A DNA stretch of 64,000 nucleotides from an uncultured archaeon (GCA_964486045.1 CAZALK010000010.1:32001-96000), one strand, 5' to 3'; shown: positions 1 through 10,413, numbered from the stretch's first letter. The notes: generated by a model from the letters alone, not told the origin. Numbers and translations are program-made.

Positions 1-784
1 TTATGGAGATATGACAAGTTCAGGTTTTATTGGATTTACACCAACAAAATGGCTTGAATACGCTGATCCAGAAGTGTTAAAGTATGCTTATCTTAAAACA
101 CCACCTAGAAGAAGAATGGTCCTCGGGTTAGACAAAATTTCAAATTATATTTCTGAATTTGACCGAGCTCAAAGGATTTATCACGGAATAGAAAAATTTG
201 AAGACCCCAACGAGCTTCTATCAATTAAAAGAAGCTATGAAATGGTATTTTATAACAATATCCCTGAATATAGGGGATTCCAACTAGATTTTCAGCATGC
301 AATCATACTTTCTCAATTAACAACTTCTGACCAAAAAGGAGCTTCACAAGCCATTGAAAAATTAATTGAAACTGAAATTTTAAAGAAGAAACCTTCAAAT
401 GAAATTAAATCTCATATTCAAATGCGCATAACTCAGGGGAGAAACTGGATAAATTCGAAATATGCTCCAGATCATTTAAAAATTCAATTAGATGGTCACA
501 TATCAACAGATATTTTAGAACAATTTGATTTAAAGATCCGTAATCTTCTAATAGATTTAGCTAGTGCACTCGAAAAAATAAAATGGACTGAGGATGGAAT
601 AAAAAAAGAAATGATGACGTTAAGAGAAAAGGCAGAGTTATCTCGAAAAGAAATGAATCAATTCTTCCAAATTTTGTATCAAATTTTTCTTGGAGATTCA
701 AGAGGACCTAGATTTTCGCCGTTTATAGCAACGCTGGATAAAAATTGGGTCATTAATAAACTTCAAGATGTCAAAAAGATCTAA
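1..784 (+). CDS. lysS: Class I lysyl-tRNA synthetase, C-terminal part (5' end outside the window)
   Basis: Frame is open from the window edge. KMSKS-equivalent region followed by 'TPTKWLEYADPEVLKY'; C-terminal anticodon-binding domain ends 'YQIFLGDSRGPRFSPFI', typical of archaeal LysRS1. Confidence 0.85.
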   Translation, partial: YGDMTSSGFIGFTPTKWLEYADPEVLKYAYLKTPPRRRMVLGLDKISNYISEFDRAQRIYHGIEKFEDPNELLSIKRSYEMVFYNNIPEYRGFQLDFQHAIILSQLTTSDQKGASQAIEKLIETEILKKKPSNEIKSHIQMRITQGRNWINSKYAPDHLKIQLDGHISTDILEQFDLKIRNLLIDLASALEKIKWTEDGIKKEMMTLREKAELSRKEMNQFFQILYQIFLGDSRGPRFSPFIATLDKNWVINKLQDVKKI

Positions 785-820
785 TTAATCCGATGAAATC
801 TGAAAAAGGTGAAAAAAAAA

Positions 821-1183
821 TTATAAAAGCTTTCTGAGTACAGTACTAGCAGCATCCAGTTTTAAATTAATTATACCAAGTTTAGCTTCTTTTGTGGTAA
901 TAATTGTTAGAATATTTCCCTCGATCTCACTAAAAAGTATTTTTCCTTTCTCAGACTCAATAATCGCACTGAAAAATTGTCCTTGTTCTAATTCTTTTGT
1001 GGCTCTTTGGCTTGCTTTCAAAATTAAAGTGACCATAGCAGCCACTGCTTCTGGGTCTACCCAACCTGGTAGAGCACTTCCCTTAATTAAACCAAATTTC
1101 TCAATAAGTGCCGCACCATGAACACCTTTAATTGCTTTTAAAGAATCTAGGATTTCTGTTAACCTTTCACTCATCTGACTCAT
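821..1183 (-). CDS. Roadblock/LC7 (MglB-like) domain protein
   Basis: 120 aa; 'GVHGAALIEKFGLIKGSALP...VAAM...ELEQG...IIESEKGKILF' fits the roadblock pattern. Confidence 0.85.
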   Translation of the reverse strand: MSQMSERLTEILDSLKAIKGVHGAALIEKFGLIKGSALPGWVDPEAVAAMVTLILKASQRATKELEQGQFFSAIIESEKGKILFSEIEGNILTIITTKEAKLGIINLKLDAASTVLRKLL

Positions 1184-1486
1184 ACCAACTTTGTTTTAGT
1201 GAGATTAAATTTTTATTAAGATGTAATTATATATACAAATCCTTATTAAAAAAGCTATTTGTCATTCTTTGACTTATTTTATTTATGAGATTATCTTAGA
1301 AGTTTCTAATATTCAGAAAGTGTCAATTATTTTAAAGAAAATAAGTCATGAATGCTATAAAAAATATTTTTTACCTCTATTTTTTTTCTATTTACATATC
1401 CTTATCATTCCATGAAAGACATAAGCATAAATATTCTATTTATGATCTTAAATACAGTTTAGGCTTAATTAACACAATTTTAGAAG

Positions 1487-2278
1487 GTGGGGATAATAGG
1501 AAAAGAAATAGATTTAGCAAAAAAAGTGTTTAAAGATGGTTTTGATGCATTAAGCGATTATTTTAATGAAAGACGATCAGATACTGTTGTAGAAAATCAA
1601 AAGAAAGCTAAGAAAGGTAAAGTAGCATTAGCAAAATTCTCTAAGGGTTTAATAGGTAAAACAGATAAGATTAATTTTAGAATTTTAATAGGTTATAAAA
1701 AAGTCCTCGGGGACTTCATTTATGAGGCGGTTTATTTAACCAATAAAAAAGAACCTCGAATTTTCGTATATGAAATAAATCAAGGAAAACCATGCAATAC
1801 AATCCTAATGAATTTTAAGGAAGAAACGTGGAGTGGTTTTAAGAAAATTCAAAAATACAAATCTTTAACCAAATTTTTGCAAGTTGTATACAAAGAGGGA
1901 ATTTATTACAAAAAGAAAAAGGAAAAAAAGGAAAACGCTCTAAATATTTTGATAAAAGGCTTTAAACGCTCCTTGGAAGCTGTTGGAGATGACGAAAAAT
2001 CTAAGAAGGGAAGTAATAGTCCAATTGCTAGGAAAATCGCTAAAGTAGTTGCAATTGCAGCGGTAACAACAATAGTTTCTATAGTACTATCTCCAGCCGT
2101 TGGTGTTGTTGCTCACGAAATAGCTGGAGGTGGTACGCTTGGAACGGATGTACTCGGACATGCAGGAGAAGCAGCAATGCAGGGACTTAAAAATTTATCT
2201 GATCCTACTAAATTAGCTAAAAAAGTGGTTACCAAAATAATAACTAAAGGTAAGGATATCCCTGGTACTGACCAGTAG
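1487..2278 (+). CDS. Hypothetical protein, basic N-terminal part with a C-terminal hydrophobic/Gly-Ala-rich segment
   Basis: 263 aa ORF, GTG start; hydrophobic stretch 'VVAIAAVTTIVSIVLSPAVGVVA'. Confidence 0.6.
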   Translation: MGIIGKEIDLAKKVFKDGFDALSDYFNERRSDTVVENQKKAKKGKVALAKFSKGLIGKTDKINFRILIGYKKVLGDFIYEAVYLTNKKEPRIFVYEINQGKPCNTILMNFKEETWSGFKKIQKYKSLTKFLQVVYKEGIYYKKKKEKKENALNILIKGFKRSLEAVGDDEKSKKGSNSPIARKIAKVVAIAAVTTIVSIVLSPAVGVVAHEIAGGGTLGTDVLGHAGEAAMQGLKNLSDPTKLAKKVVTKIITKGKDIPGTDQ

Positions 2279-2355
2279 TCTTAAAAATAGTAACATACTT
2301 AACTTATTCTTTTTTCTTTTTCTTAATTTAAGCTACCTTTTAATTATTCAAGTGA

Positions 2356-2844
2356 GTGATTCAAATTTCAATTCTTAGAGAAAGAAATATAAATCGGGGT
2401 GTGTTGATATCTTCATTAATAACTGTTGGATCTTACATAATAGTTTCTATTATATCCACTGTAATGAGATTTGGTTTTGCTGGATTTTACCTTTTTGCTG
2501 ATATAAATTTTGTATTAGGAACAATTTTTGGGGTAGTCATCACATTAAACAATCGATTAGAACATCAAAGTATTTTAAAAAGTGGTGTAATTGTTGGTTT
2601 AGCTGGAGGTCTTTTGTCTTCTTTCTTTATTAGCTTATATGAAATGATTATAAGCGCAATATTTTTTAGTCCGAACGTTGCCATCTTCTTTTTTTTCTTA
2701 GGACTTTCACTTATTACGGGGATTGTTGTTGGATTAATAGGAGGAGCCCTCATTGGCACCTATTACACGTATAGAGATTTGAAAAATGTATCTGAAGAAG
2801 AAACAATAGATGATGATTTTTTTGATGATCTTATTAAAAAATGA
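2356..2844 (+). CDS. Small multi-pass membrane protein with an acidic C-terminal tail
   Basis: About 4 Gly-rich TM helices; tail 'EEETIDDDFFDDLIKK'. Confidence 0.7.
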   Translation: MIQISILRERNINRGVLISSLITVGSYIIVSIISTVMRFGFAGFYLFADINFVLGTIFGVVITLNNRLEHQSILKSGVIVGLAGGLLSSFFISLYEMIISAIFFSPNVAIFFFFLGLSLITGIVVGLIGGALIGTYYTYRDLKNVSEEETIDDDFFDDLIKK

Positions 2845-2923
2845 TGAAAACTATAGCTTTTTAGAATGTAAAGGCAAATATTTTTATTTAAAATTAAAAA
2901 AAAGTAAAGTTTAGTATTTGACT

Positions 2924-3862
2924 TTACATTAATGAAGCAAGGGAACTTCCTAAAGTCTCTTTTATTGGGTTTCCTTTTAGCAATTCCTTTTCAACTCGCT
3001 CAGCTAAGAGTTGAGGTGTAAATCGTTCTCCGTTGTTACTTATTTGTTTAAGAGTTGTCCATCCACTTAATGAAAATACACTATCACTTACTACTCTAAA
3101 AACTTCCCCTGTAATCCCTTTTGCTTCATCCGAAGCTAAAAATGTAACCATAGGGGCAACATTTGCAGGATTGAATACATCGAAACCTTTTTTATCTAAA
3201 GTGCTCATTGTTTGTACCATTTTAGGTGTTGCGTCTGTAGTGAGTCTAGTCCTTGCAACTGGTACTATACAATTTATGGTAGCATATTTTTTTAACTCCA
3301 TAGCAGCAATATTTGTAAAGGCTGCAATACCTGCTTTTGCGGCACCATAATTTGCTTGACCCATATTTCCCAATAACCCAGCGTCAGAGGCAGTATTAAT
3401 CACTCTCCCAAAGTTTCCTTTATCAGGATTTGTTTTTCCTTGTTCTCTAAAATATGCAGAAGCATGACGAGTCATGTTAAACGTACCCTTTAGATGCACT
3501 GCTACTACATCATCAAACTCTTTTTCGGTCATATTAAAAAGCATACGGTCTCTGAGGATACCTGCATTATTAACAACAATATCAAGCTTTCCAAATTCAC
3601 CAATAGCCTGATCAATCATTGCTTTAGCCTTATTAAAATCTGTTACAGAATCATAATTCCCTACAGCTTTAACACCTAATTTCGTTATTTCCTCTGCAAT
3701 TTGGTCAGCCACTTTATTTTCAGCACCACTACCATCGAAAGCACCACCCAAATCATTTACAACAATATTACAACCTTCTTTAGCAAATAATAGTGCTTCT
3801 TCTCGCCCTAATCCGCGACCAGCACCTGTGATTATGGCGACTTTTCCACTCAACATTCCCAT
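2924..3862 (-). CDS. SDR-family oxidoreductase (MFE-2/17beta-HSD4-like 3-hydroxyacyl-CoA dehydrogenase type)
   Basis: TGAGRGLG, VVNDLGG, NNAGILRD and YGAAK catalytic motifs. Confidence 0.92.
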   Translation of the reverse strand: MGMLSGKVAIITGAGRGLGREEALLFAKEGCNIVVNDLGGAFDGSGAENKVADQIAEEITKLGVKAVGNYDSVTDFNKAKAMIDQAIGEFGKLDIVVNNAGILRDRMLFNMTEKEFDDVVAVHLKGTFNMTRHASAYFREQGKTNPDKGNFGRVINTASDAGLLGNMGQANYGAAKAGIAAFTNIAAMELKKYATINCIVPVARTRLTTDATPKMVQTMSTLDKKGFDVFNPANVAPMVTFLASDEAKGITGEVFRVVSDSVFSLSGWTTLKQISNNGERFTPQLLAERVEKELLKGNPIKETLGSSLASLM

Positions 3863-3988
3863 ATTTTTTCACTTTTTATTTTTTCAGTATGATTTCTGAT
3901 AAATAAAAGTCAATTGCAAGTTTAAAAAATTTTAAGGATTTTGCTTAATAAAGAAAAAACGTCTTAAACAACTTATGAGGGATTATGA

Positions 3989-4486
3989 TTGGAAACAATT
4001 ACACACAATCTAATTGCAGTAATTATTCAAATTTTGTGTTTTAAATTTGGATTCTTTCCTTTGAATATTATTTTGACTATAATTTTTGCTTTTTTATTTC
4101 ATATTATCACTGACGCTATAGCTATTATTACATACCATACTCCAGAGATCCAGAAAAATAAATTTTGGATTGTTTGGCACGTGATAATTTATTTTCTAAC
4201 CGTTTTATCGATGATAATCTTCGTTATTTCCTTCTGGTTGGCCCTCTTATTTTCTAATATCATGGATATTTGGGATTGGTTTATTTTAAGACCTATTCAG
4301 AACAGAAAGAAGAAAATTAATCCAGAAACTAATTGGGGAGAAAAATATTATTTCCATAGAATTGTTGATGCAACGAGAAACAAAATTTTCTATTGGCTTC
4401 CTAAATGGAATTATAAGAAAGGATGAATACTTATTGAGGTTGCTTTTATGATTATTTTAATTGTATTTATAATTCTTCTTCTTTAA
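3989..4486 (+). CDS. Membrane protein; in-frame TGA at 4424-4426 separates a final TM helix (premature stop or readthrough)
   Basis: The ORF track ends at 4426, but the same frame continues ILIEVAFMIILIVFIILLL to TAA at 4484-4486. Confidence 0.6.
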
Positions 4487-4491
4487 ATACT

Positions 4492-4887
4492 TCAGAAACT
4501 GAAATTCTTAAATTCCTTAATATAAAATAAATGGCTCTGGCAGCTACAATCAGAAGAGCCAAAATCTTTAATACTGTTATCAGCGAACATTAATAAATCT
4601 TTAGCAATCATACATTCTAACCTTTCGCTAGAAGGAATTAAATATAATTTGGTAATAATGGACTTTTTTTGATTTAATAAATAATCTATATGCCAGTGAG
4701 TTTTTTTATCCTTTGAAGGCTTAATATGTCTTTTTACACGGTTTATTAGGGTAGAAGAACCATAATCTCCCATCGCAGATCCTATATAAAAGTAAAATCC
4801 TTGATTAAATAATATTTTACCAAGGGAACCGATATAGATTGCTTCTTTTTCAGAAATTTGAATTACTAGAATGTAAGTGCCTTTCAT
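4492..4887 (-). CDS. GIY-YIG/Uri-superfamily nuclease (DUF123-like)
   Basis: 'KGTYILVI...YFYIGSA...RVKRH...HWHIDYL...FGSSDCSCQSHL'. Confidence 0.88.
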   Translation of the reverse strand: MKGTYILVIQISEKEAIYIGSLGKILFNQGFYFYIGSAMGDYGSSTLINRVKRHIKPSKDKKTHWHIDYLLNQKKSIITKLYLIPSSERLECMIAKDLLMFADNSIKDFGSSDCSCQSHLFYIKEFKNFSF

Positions 4888-5061
4888 CTATTTACAATTT
4901 TTCTTATGATCAACATAGCAACTATCACAGTAAGAGGTGCCACAATTCTTACATATATTAGTACACACATCGCAAAGAGGATTACCGCAATCGTCACATT
5001 CAAATATTAATGTGTTAGTGTTTTCTCCGCAGTTTTCACATATAATTTCATCTTCACTCAC
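4888..5061 (-). CDS. 57-aa Cys-rich zinc-finger micro-protein (not in the ORF track)
   Basis: Manual translation: MSEDEIICENCGENTNTLIFECDDCGNPLCDVCTNICKNCGTSYCDSCYVDHKKNCK*. Five CxxC motifs; GTG start; TAG stop abuts the GIY-YIG start codon. Confidence 0.8.
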   Translation of the reverse strand: MSEDEIICENCGENTNTLIFECDDCGNPLCDVCTNICKNCGTSYCDSCYVDHKKNCK

Positions 5062-5399
5062 TTAATTCAACCTATTTAATTTAATAGAATTAATCAATAT
5101 AGTCGATTTAGGATAAAAATATCTTCTATTATTGGATAAATAAGTTAATTTTCCCGAATTGCTTCAAGGATTATTAAACAATTACTAAAACTTTTTTTTA
5201 ACTAGAAAATTCATGATTAATAATTAATCCAGAAAGCTTGTTATTTATGGAGAACACAGAAGAGTGAAAGGTACTTATAATTTCAGCCCATTAAATAAAG
5301 ATAAGATAGTTTTAGAAAAAAATAAATTAGTTTTAGTAAGAAGATAAGGAGAGCATTTTTCTTATTTTTTAATAATATTCGTAAAACCCACCCTCAATT

Positions 5400-5539
5400 T
5401 TGGATACTTTTATACGCATTATTAATGATTGTTTTATTTACATCAATAAAGGTTTTTTGTATCAATATCTTGCCATTAATTTTGTGATTCCCAAGTCCAA
5501 TTGTCCAGATCCAATTATGCCTACTTTCTAAATGTTCAC
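5400..5539 (-). pseudogene. Relic of a 3-hydroxyacyl-CoA dehydrogenase N-terminus
   Basis: Reads VNI*KVGIIGSGQLDLGITKLMARY*Y, then after a frameshift FIDVNKTIINNAYKK. This is a Rossmann-type start of 3HCDH with stops, directly downstream of a crotonase gene. The 3' limit is approximate. Confidence 0.65.
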
Positions 5540-5547
5540 AAATCTCC

Positions 5548-6342
5548 CTACTTTCTAAACTTGTTAAAATTTGGTTTCCTTTTTTCTAAAAATGCATCAT
5601 TTCCTTCCATCGCTTCCTCAGTGTCGTAATAGAGTGATAAACCCCCCATCCCTAGTTGGGTTACTCCAGCGACTCCATCTGTTTCAGCCAAAAATGAGTA
5701 TTTAAGCATTTTAAGAGCCGTAGGGCTTTTTTCCAAGATTTCCTTACACCATTGATCCACTTCTTCATCCAATTTTTCCATAGAAACCACAGAATTTACA
5801 AGTCCCATTTCCAATGCTTTTTGGGCAGTGTAACGTCTACACAAAAACCATATTTCTTTAGCTCGTTTAATTCCAATAGCTCTCATTAAATCTCCTGTAC
5901 CAAATCCTGGATCAAATGAACCCACACGGGGACCTGCTTGCCCAAACTGTGCATGATCTGCTGCAATAGTAAGATCACAGTTAACATGCCACACATGCCC
6001 ACCTCCTATAGCATAACCATTCACTCGAGCGATAACAGGTTTAGGTAAGGTCCTGATTAGCTGTGTGACACGTTGCCAACCTATCTCCAAGGGTAACTTA
6101 AATTCACCCTCTTGTGTATATCCACCCTTCTCACGAGTTTTTTGATCTCCCCCGGTACAAAATGCTTTTTCGCCGACTCCTGTAAACACAACGACACCAA
6201 TAGAATTATCCATGCACCTGGTGAAAGCATCTATTAACTCATGTACAGTTTGTTGTGTACATGCATTGTAACGTTGAGGTCGATTAATGGTTATACGAAC
6301 GGTATGATCCTTTTTTTCAAAAATTATATCTTTATATTCCAA
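5548..6342 (-). CDS. Crotonase-family enzyme, BadI (2-ketocyclohexanecarboxyl-CoA hydrolase)/MenB-like
   Basis: 'AFCTGGDQ', 'GYAIGGGH', 'GPRVGSFDPGFG', 'LYYDTEEAMEG...EKRKPNF'. The DPG and YYDTEE segments are closer to BadI than to MenB. Confidence 0.8.
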   Translation of the reverse strand: MEYKDIIFEKKDHTVRITINRPQRYNACTQQTVHELIDAFTRCMDNSIGVVVFTGVGEKAFCTGGDQKTREKGGYTQEGEFKLPLEIGWQRVTQLIRTLPKPVIARVNGYAIGGGHVWHVNCDLTIAADHAQFGQAGPRVGSFDPGFGTGDLMRAIGIKRAKEIWFLCRRYTAQKALEMGLVNSVVSMEKLDEEVDQWCKEILEKSPTALKMLKYSFLAETDGVAGVTQLGMGGLSLYYDTEEAMEGNDAFLEKRKPNFNKFRK

Positions 6343-6455
6343 ATTTTTTCCAACTCTATGTTTTTAAAAAATCTAATTTGATGATTTATGATTTAATATG
6401 ATCTTAATATATTTTTTTCGTTTTTATGACTTTTACTTCAATTTATATTAGACCT

Positions 6456-6477
6456 TCGTGAAACCCGAGTTTCACGA
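6456..6477. repeat. Perfect 9-bp inverted repeat (TCGTGAAAC-CCGA-GTTTCACGA)
   Basis: Read directly from the sequence; intergenic, upstream of the crotonase gene. Confidence 0.7.
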
Positions 6478-6557
6478 TCTGAAATTATAATATTATAAGG
6501 CTGCAGTTCTCCCTCCAAGAAGTAGAAAGATTATTTAACCGGTATATTAGTGTATTA

Positions 6558-7076
6558 CTAAAGTACTATTTTCTGCTTAATTTCTTGAACCATCTTGTAC
6601 CCATTTTCATTTATTTCTGTTATAATATCTCTTAATATTTCGTTAATAGACATACCATGTAAATCACACGATATATAAAGAAGTGATATAATTTCTTTTG
6701 CTAGCATTGAGATATTTTTAACATCACTTATCGGAATTCTAATACCAAGAGCCTTTAAATCCTGATGAGTTTCTCTTTCTTGTTGTCTAATTGTTATAAG
6801 GATATCGTTTTTTCTTCCTTTCCATTCTTCGGTTATAGCTCGTAAAGATAATATATATTTTTTAGTAGGACTTCCTACTCCCATAACATCTTTGGCAAAT
6901 TCTAATGGTTCAGAATTTCTAATGGTCTTTAAACCAAATGTTCTATTAATCTTGTAGTTCTTATCCAATTTAACTTTCATTTTTGAGATTTCATCAGTTA
7001 GTTGCTCAACTCTTAATGCTAACTTTTCAAATTTTTCAAGAAATATTTCCTCAATATTTGATTCATAGTGACTCAT
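6558..7076 (-). CDS. Hypothetical protein (N-terminal coiled coil; possible PC4-like ssDNA-binding fold)
   Basis: 172 aa; 'EEWKGRKNDILITIRQ...LGIRIP' is reminiscent of PC4/YdbC. Confidence 0.55.
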   Translation of the reverse strand: MSHYESNIEEIFLEKFEKLALRVEQLTDEISKMKVKLDKNYKINRTFGLKTIRNSEPLEFAKDVMGVGSPTKKYILSLRAITEEWKGRKNDILITIRQQERETHQDLKALGIRIPISDVKNISMLAKEIISLLYISCDLHGMSINEILRDIITEINENGYKMVQEIKQKIVL

Positions 7077-7261
7077 TATGATTACAGGAACAGAATTTAC
7101 ATAGATACTTTTTGATTATCTGTTTAATAAAATTAATTATTAAACTATTAATCTATTGAGAATTTTTAATTTTTAATCAAAAGATCAACTAATAATTACT
7201 TCATCATACACTTAATACGCAAAAAAAAAGAATTTTATTTGATAAAAAGGTCAGGTGTTAG

Positions 7262-8503
7262 TTAAGCATCCTCATTACTATTTTCAACTTTATTCCCGTT
7301 TCCTTCCTTAATCTCTCCGGAATCCAATTTCTCTTTATTATCTTCTTCCATAACGGGTTGAGATTCATATGGACTAGGTTCAAGGGACGCTATCTCTTTT
7401 TCTTCTTCTGTTCCGTCTTCCCTTGGTTTTTTTCGGTCCTTATGATATTTATGGATCTCATATATCCCGATTACGACTAACAACGCGATAAAGAAAGCTA
7501 ATACAGAAATATTTTTTATGTGGTTAATCAAGTCGTTATTCAAGGCACTTAAAATATCTGAAAAAGGAATGGTCACTACATTGAAGATTTCGTATGGGAA
7601 GTAATGTATAAATTCATAAGTAACTTTTGAAAGAATTAACCAAATGATTATTGTATCCATTCCAAATCTTTTTATTCTTTTGCTAAGAAGTTCTGCCTGC
7701 GAGCCCATGAGAGTGCTGAGTGAGTAAAAGACAATAAATAGATCGGGTAATATTAGGGCTACATAAGCCCAAATTGAAGCTAATTCCTTTGGATCTGTGT
7801 TTGTACCCACTAAACCCATATAAATTTTAAGCACTAAAAATAATGAGTATATTGATATTAAAATTGTAAATAACCCGAACCACCCATTAAAACTCTTCTT
7901 GAACATATAAATTAAACAAATTATAGCCAGTCCGATTAACACACCCCCAACAATAAGAAAAACTCCGTTCAAATACCAAGGAAAATCTATTCGTTTTTCA
8001 AGTATAATAGAGAAATCAAATATTGTGGGTCCTATAATAAATAGAAATAATAATAACAGCGCGATCGCTAAACCCCCAAAAAAGATAAGGAACCTCAAAA
8101 AAGCACTTCCGCTTCCTTTATGGACTAATTTATCATCTACCTTCTTACCAACTAAATAACAACCATAAAAGATAAACCAACTTGTAAAAAAGACGTAGGT
8201 GATTACTGCAATAGCAAACATAAAAACTAAAACTACAGATATTAAGAGCATTATTGGTAACGAAACCAGAAGAAACAATATTGTTTTCCCCACTGAATAT
8301 TCAAAGATATCTCTTTTAGAGATAAGAGAGAGTAAAAATAGGAACATTAGAAATACCAAAAAAGGCAGAAAGATCAGAATGCCAATAAATGAAACATCTG
8401 GATTGGGATAAGGAATTACCGCTACTCCTATTAACAGCCAAATTACAAGTGCTGTTAATCTCCAGTTTTTACCTATTTTCTTTAAATTATCAATAATATC
8501 CAT
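7262..8503 (-). CDS. Polytopic membrane protein with an acidic C-terminal tail
   Basis: About 10 hydrophobic segments, 413 aa. Confidence 0.75.
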   Translation of the reverse strand: MDIIDNLKKIGKNWRLTALVIWLLIGVAVIPYPNPDVSFIGILIFLPFLVFLMFLFLLSLISKRDIFEYSVGKTILFLLVSLPIMLLISVVLVFMFAIAVITYVFFTSWFIFYGCYLVGKKVDDKLVHKGSGSAFLRFLIFFGGLAIALLLLFLFIIGPTIFDFSIILEKRIDFPWYLNGVFLIVGGVLIGLAIICLIYMFKKSFNGWFGLFTILISIYSLFLVLKIYMGLVGTNTDPKELASIWAYVALILPDLFIVFYSLSTLMGSQAELLSKRIKRFGMDTIIIWLILSKVTYEFIHYFPYEIFNVVTIPFSDILSALNNDLINHIKNISVLAFFIALLVVIGIYEIHKYHKDRKKPREDGTEEEKEIASLEPSPYESQPVMEEDNKEKLDSGEIKEGNGNKVENSNEDA

Positions 8504-8587
8504 AAAAGATTAGTCAGACTTAATATATTTAAACTTTCTTATTCAATTGAGCAATTCATATATCAAGATAAAGGCTTTAAAAGCACT

Positions 8588-9391
8588 CTATTTCATAAAG
8601 TCGACTAAACTTTTTTGCGTAGTGAATTGATGAAAAGGAAGATGTAATTTCTTTTTTAACTCATTAGCTGATTCTGGTGCAAAACCAGCAAAATGATTGT
8701 TGACAATAATAAAGATTTCATGGATGTTTGGTATTTTGATTAATTTATCAATATTCTTACCTAAATCAGATAAAGATATCTTTTGTTCTCTTTGAATCCG
8801 GTTAAAAACAGTTATCTCTCGATTCCCTATGAGTCGTATATAGTAATTTCCTTGATTTTCTAAATAATATGGCATAACATCAGGTTTGTAAGTTGTTCCG
8901 AGAATAACTCTCTTACCATCAATAAAGTCAAAAAGAATTTCTGAGTTAAACCAGGAATTGTCTCTTAATTCAATTATGTATTTATATTCTAAAGGTATTT
9001 CTTTAACCAGTGATTTCAATTTTCTAAGATGACTCTCTATATAATTAAACCAAGGTGGAAATTGTAAGAGAAAATACTCAATCTTCGCGTTTAAAAGCCC
9101 CAAAGTGGAAAAAAAATTGTTAATGTTTATCTCTAAATCAGATCCCCTAAGGTTATGAGTTATTTTCTGCCATACTTTTACAACAAACCGGAAATTTTCT
9201 GGAACACGGTTTTTCCAATTTATTACCATAGTTTCAGTAGGTAAATTGTAAAAAGTAGAATTGATTTCAACAACATCAAAGATTTTTGAAAAATAGGGAA
9301 GATATCTAGACTTTTCTAACTGTTTTGGGTAAAAAGGGCCGACCCAATCTTTATAATCCCATCCTGCTGTTCCGATTTTGATTCTTACCAT
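8588..9391 (-). CDS. DUF72 (YecE-like) protein
   Basis: 'IGTAGWDYKDWVGPFYP', 'VEINSTFY', 'QFPP', 'ELR', 'NNH'. Confidence 0.92.
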   Translation of the reverse strand: MVRIKIGTAGWDYKDWVGPFYPKQLEKSRYLPYFSKIFDVVEINSTFYNLPTETMVINWKNRVPENFRFVVKVWQKITHNLRGSDLEININNFFSTLGLLNAKIEYFLLQFPPWFNYIESHLRKLKSLVKEIPLEYKYIIELRDNSWFNSEILFDFIDGKRVILGTTYKPDVMPYYLENQGNYYIRLIGNREITVFNRIQREQKISLSDLGKNIDKLIKIPNIHEIFIIVNNHFAGFAPESANELKKKLHLPFHQFTTQKSLVDFMK

Positions 9392-9553
9392 TTGAGAGAA
9401 AATGAAACCTTATGTTATTTTAATGATTCAATATTTTTCTAAACTGAAAAAATTATTTTTTATATATAATTGATTGTAGTTTTAAGATATAGATTGAAGA
9501 AAATTTATATTTATAGGTGAAGTGTGGTGATGTTTGTGATGAGGTGGGGCATT

Positions 9554-10269
9554 TGATCGATTGGGACTTAGCTGAATCAAAACCAGATAAAAATCAATCC
9601 ATCGAAGGAAAAAAACTATTAGAATTCAGAGCGAAAATTGAGAGTCTTGAAAAAAAATTTTCTCAAAGGGATAAAGAACTGGAAGATGAGTTGAAAATAA
9701 TTAAAGAAAAATTGACAGAACGAGAAAAAAGCTTAATTCAACTCACTGGAAAAAGGTCTTCAGCAAGAAAATCAGTTGATAAAATCAAGGAAGAGAAGTT
9801 GCATGCGGATATCGAAGTTACAAAATTAACCGCTGCAAAATCAGAATTAGAAAAAAAATTAGCTGAATCTACCGAAAAAATTACTGTATTGGAAGGTCAA
9901 TTAAAGAATATCATTATAAAATTTGAAGAAATAGAGAAAAAAATTTTGGCAAAGGAGAAGGACAATCAACATCGAGAAGAAGAAATGTTGGTTAAAACGA
10001 AAAAATTACTAGAAAAAGAAAAAAAAATACAGAGCATTAAAACTGCAATAGATCAACGCGATAGAGAAATTGAGTTTCTTAAAAAGAACTTAGAGGTAGA
10101 GAAAGGAAAAACATCTTATCAAATGAAAAGGGTTGAATCTATAGAAGCTCAAATAATAATGGCAGAAAATGTATTAAAGATAATAAGTAAAATCAAAGAT
10201 TCAATTGGGGTTAAGGGATTTTTATCAGACAAGGAGCTTGAATCATTTCTGACAGAAATAAATGATTAA
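9554..10269 (+). CDS. Long coiled-coil protein, paralogue A
   Basis: GAGGTG Shine-Dalgarno before the TTG at 9554. Head IDWDLAESKP...EG..LL..R.KI, heptad-rich rod, tail KGFLSDKE. The ORF track start at 9517 is probably too early. Confidence 0.75.
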
Positions 10270-10413
10270 GAAAATTGTATTGTTCTAATAATTACACAAA
10301 AGTGAATAATATTTTGATGAAAAAATTAAATATAAGAGATTTTAATAGAATTAATATATAATTAATATAAAAAAAAAAAATACCAAATTTGAATTGCCCA
10401 AAGGTGAAATAAT

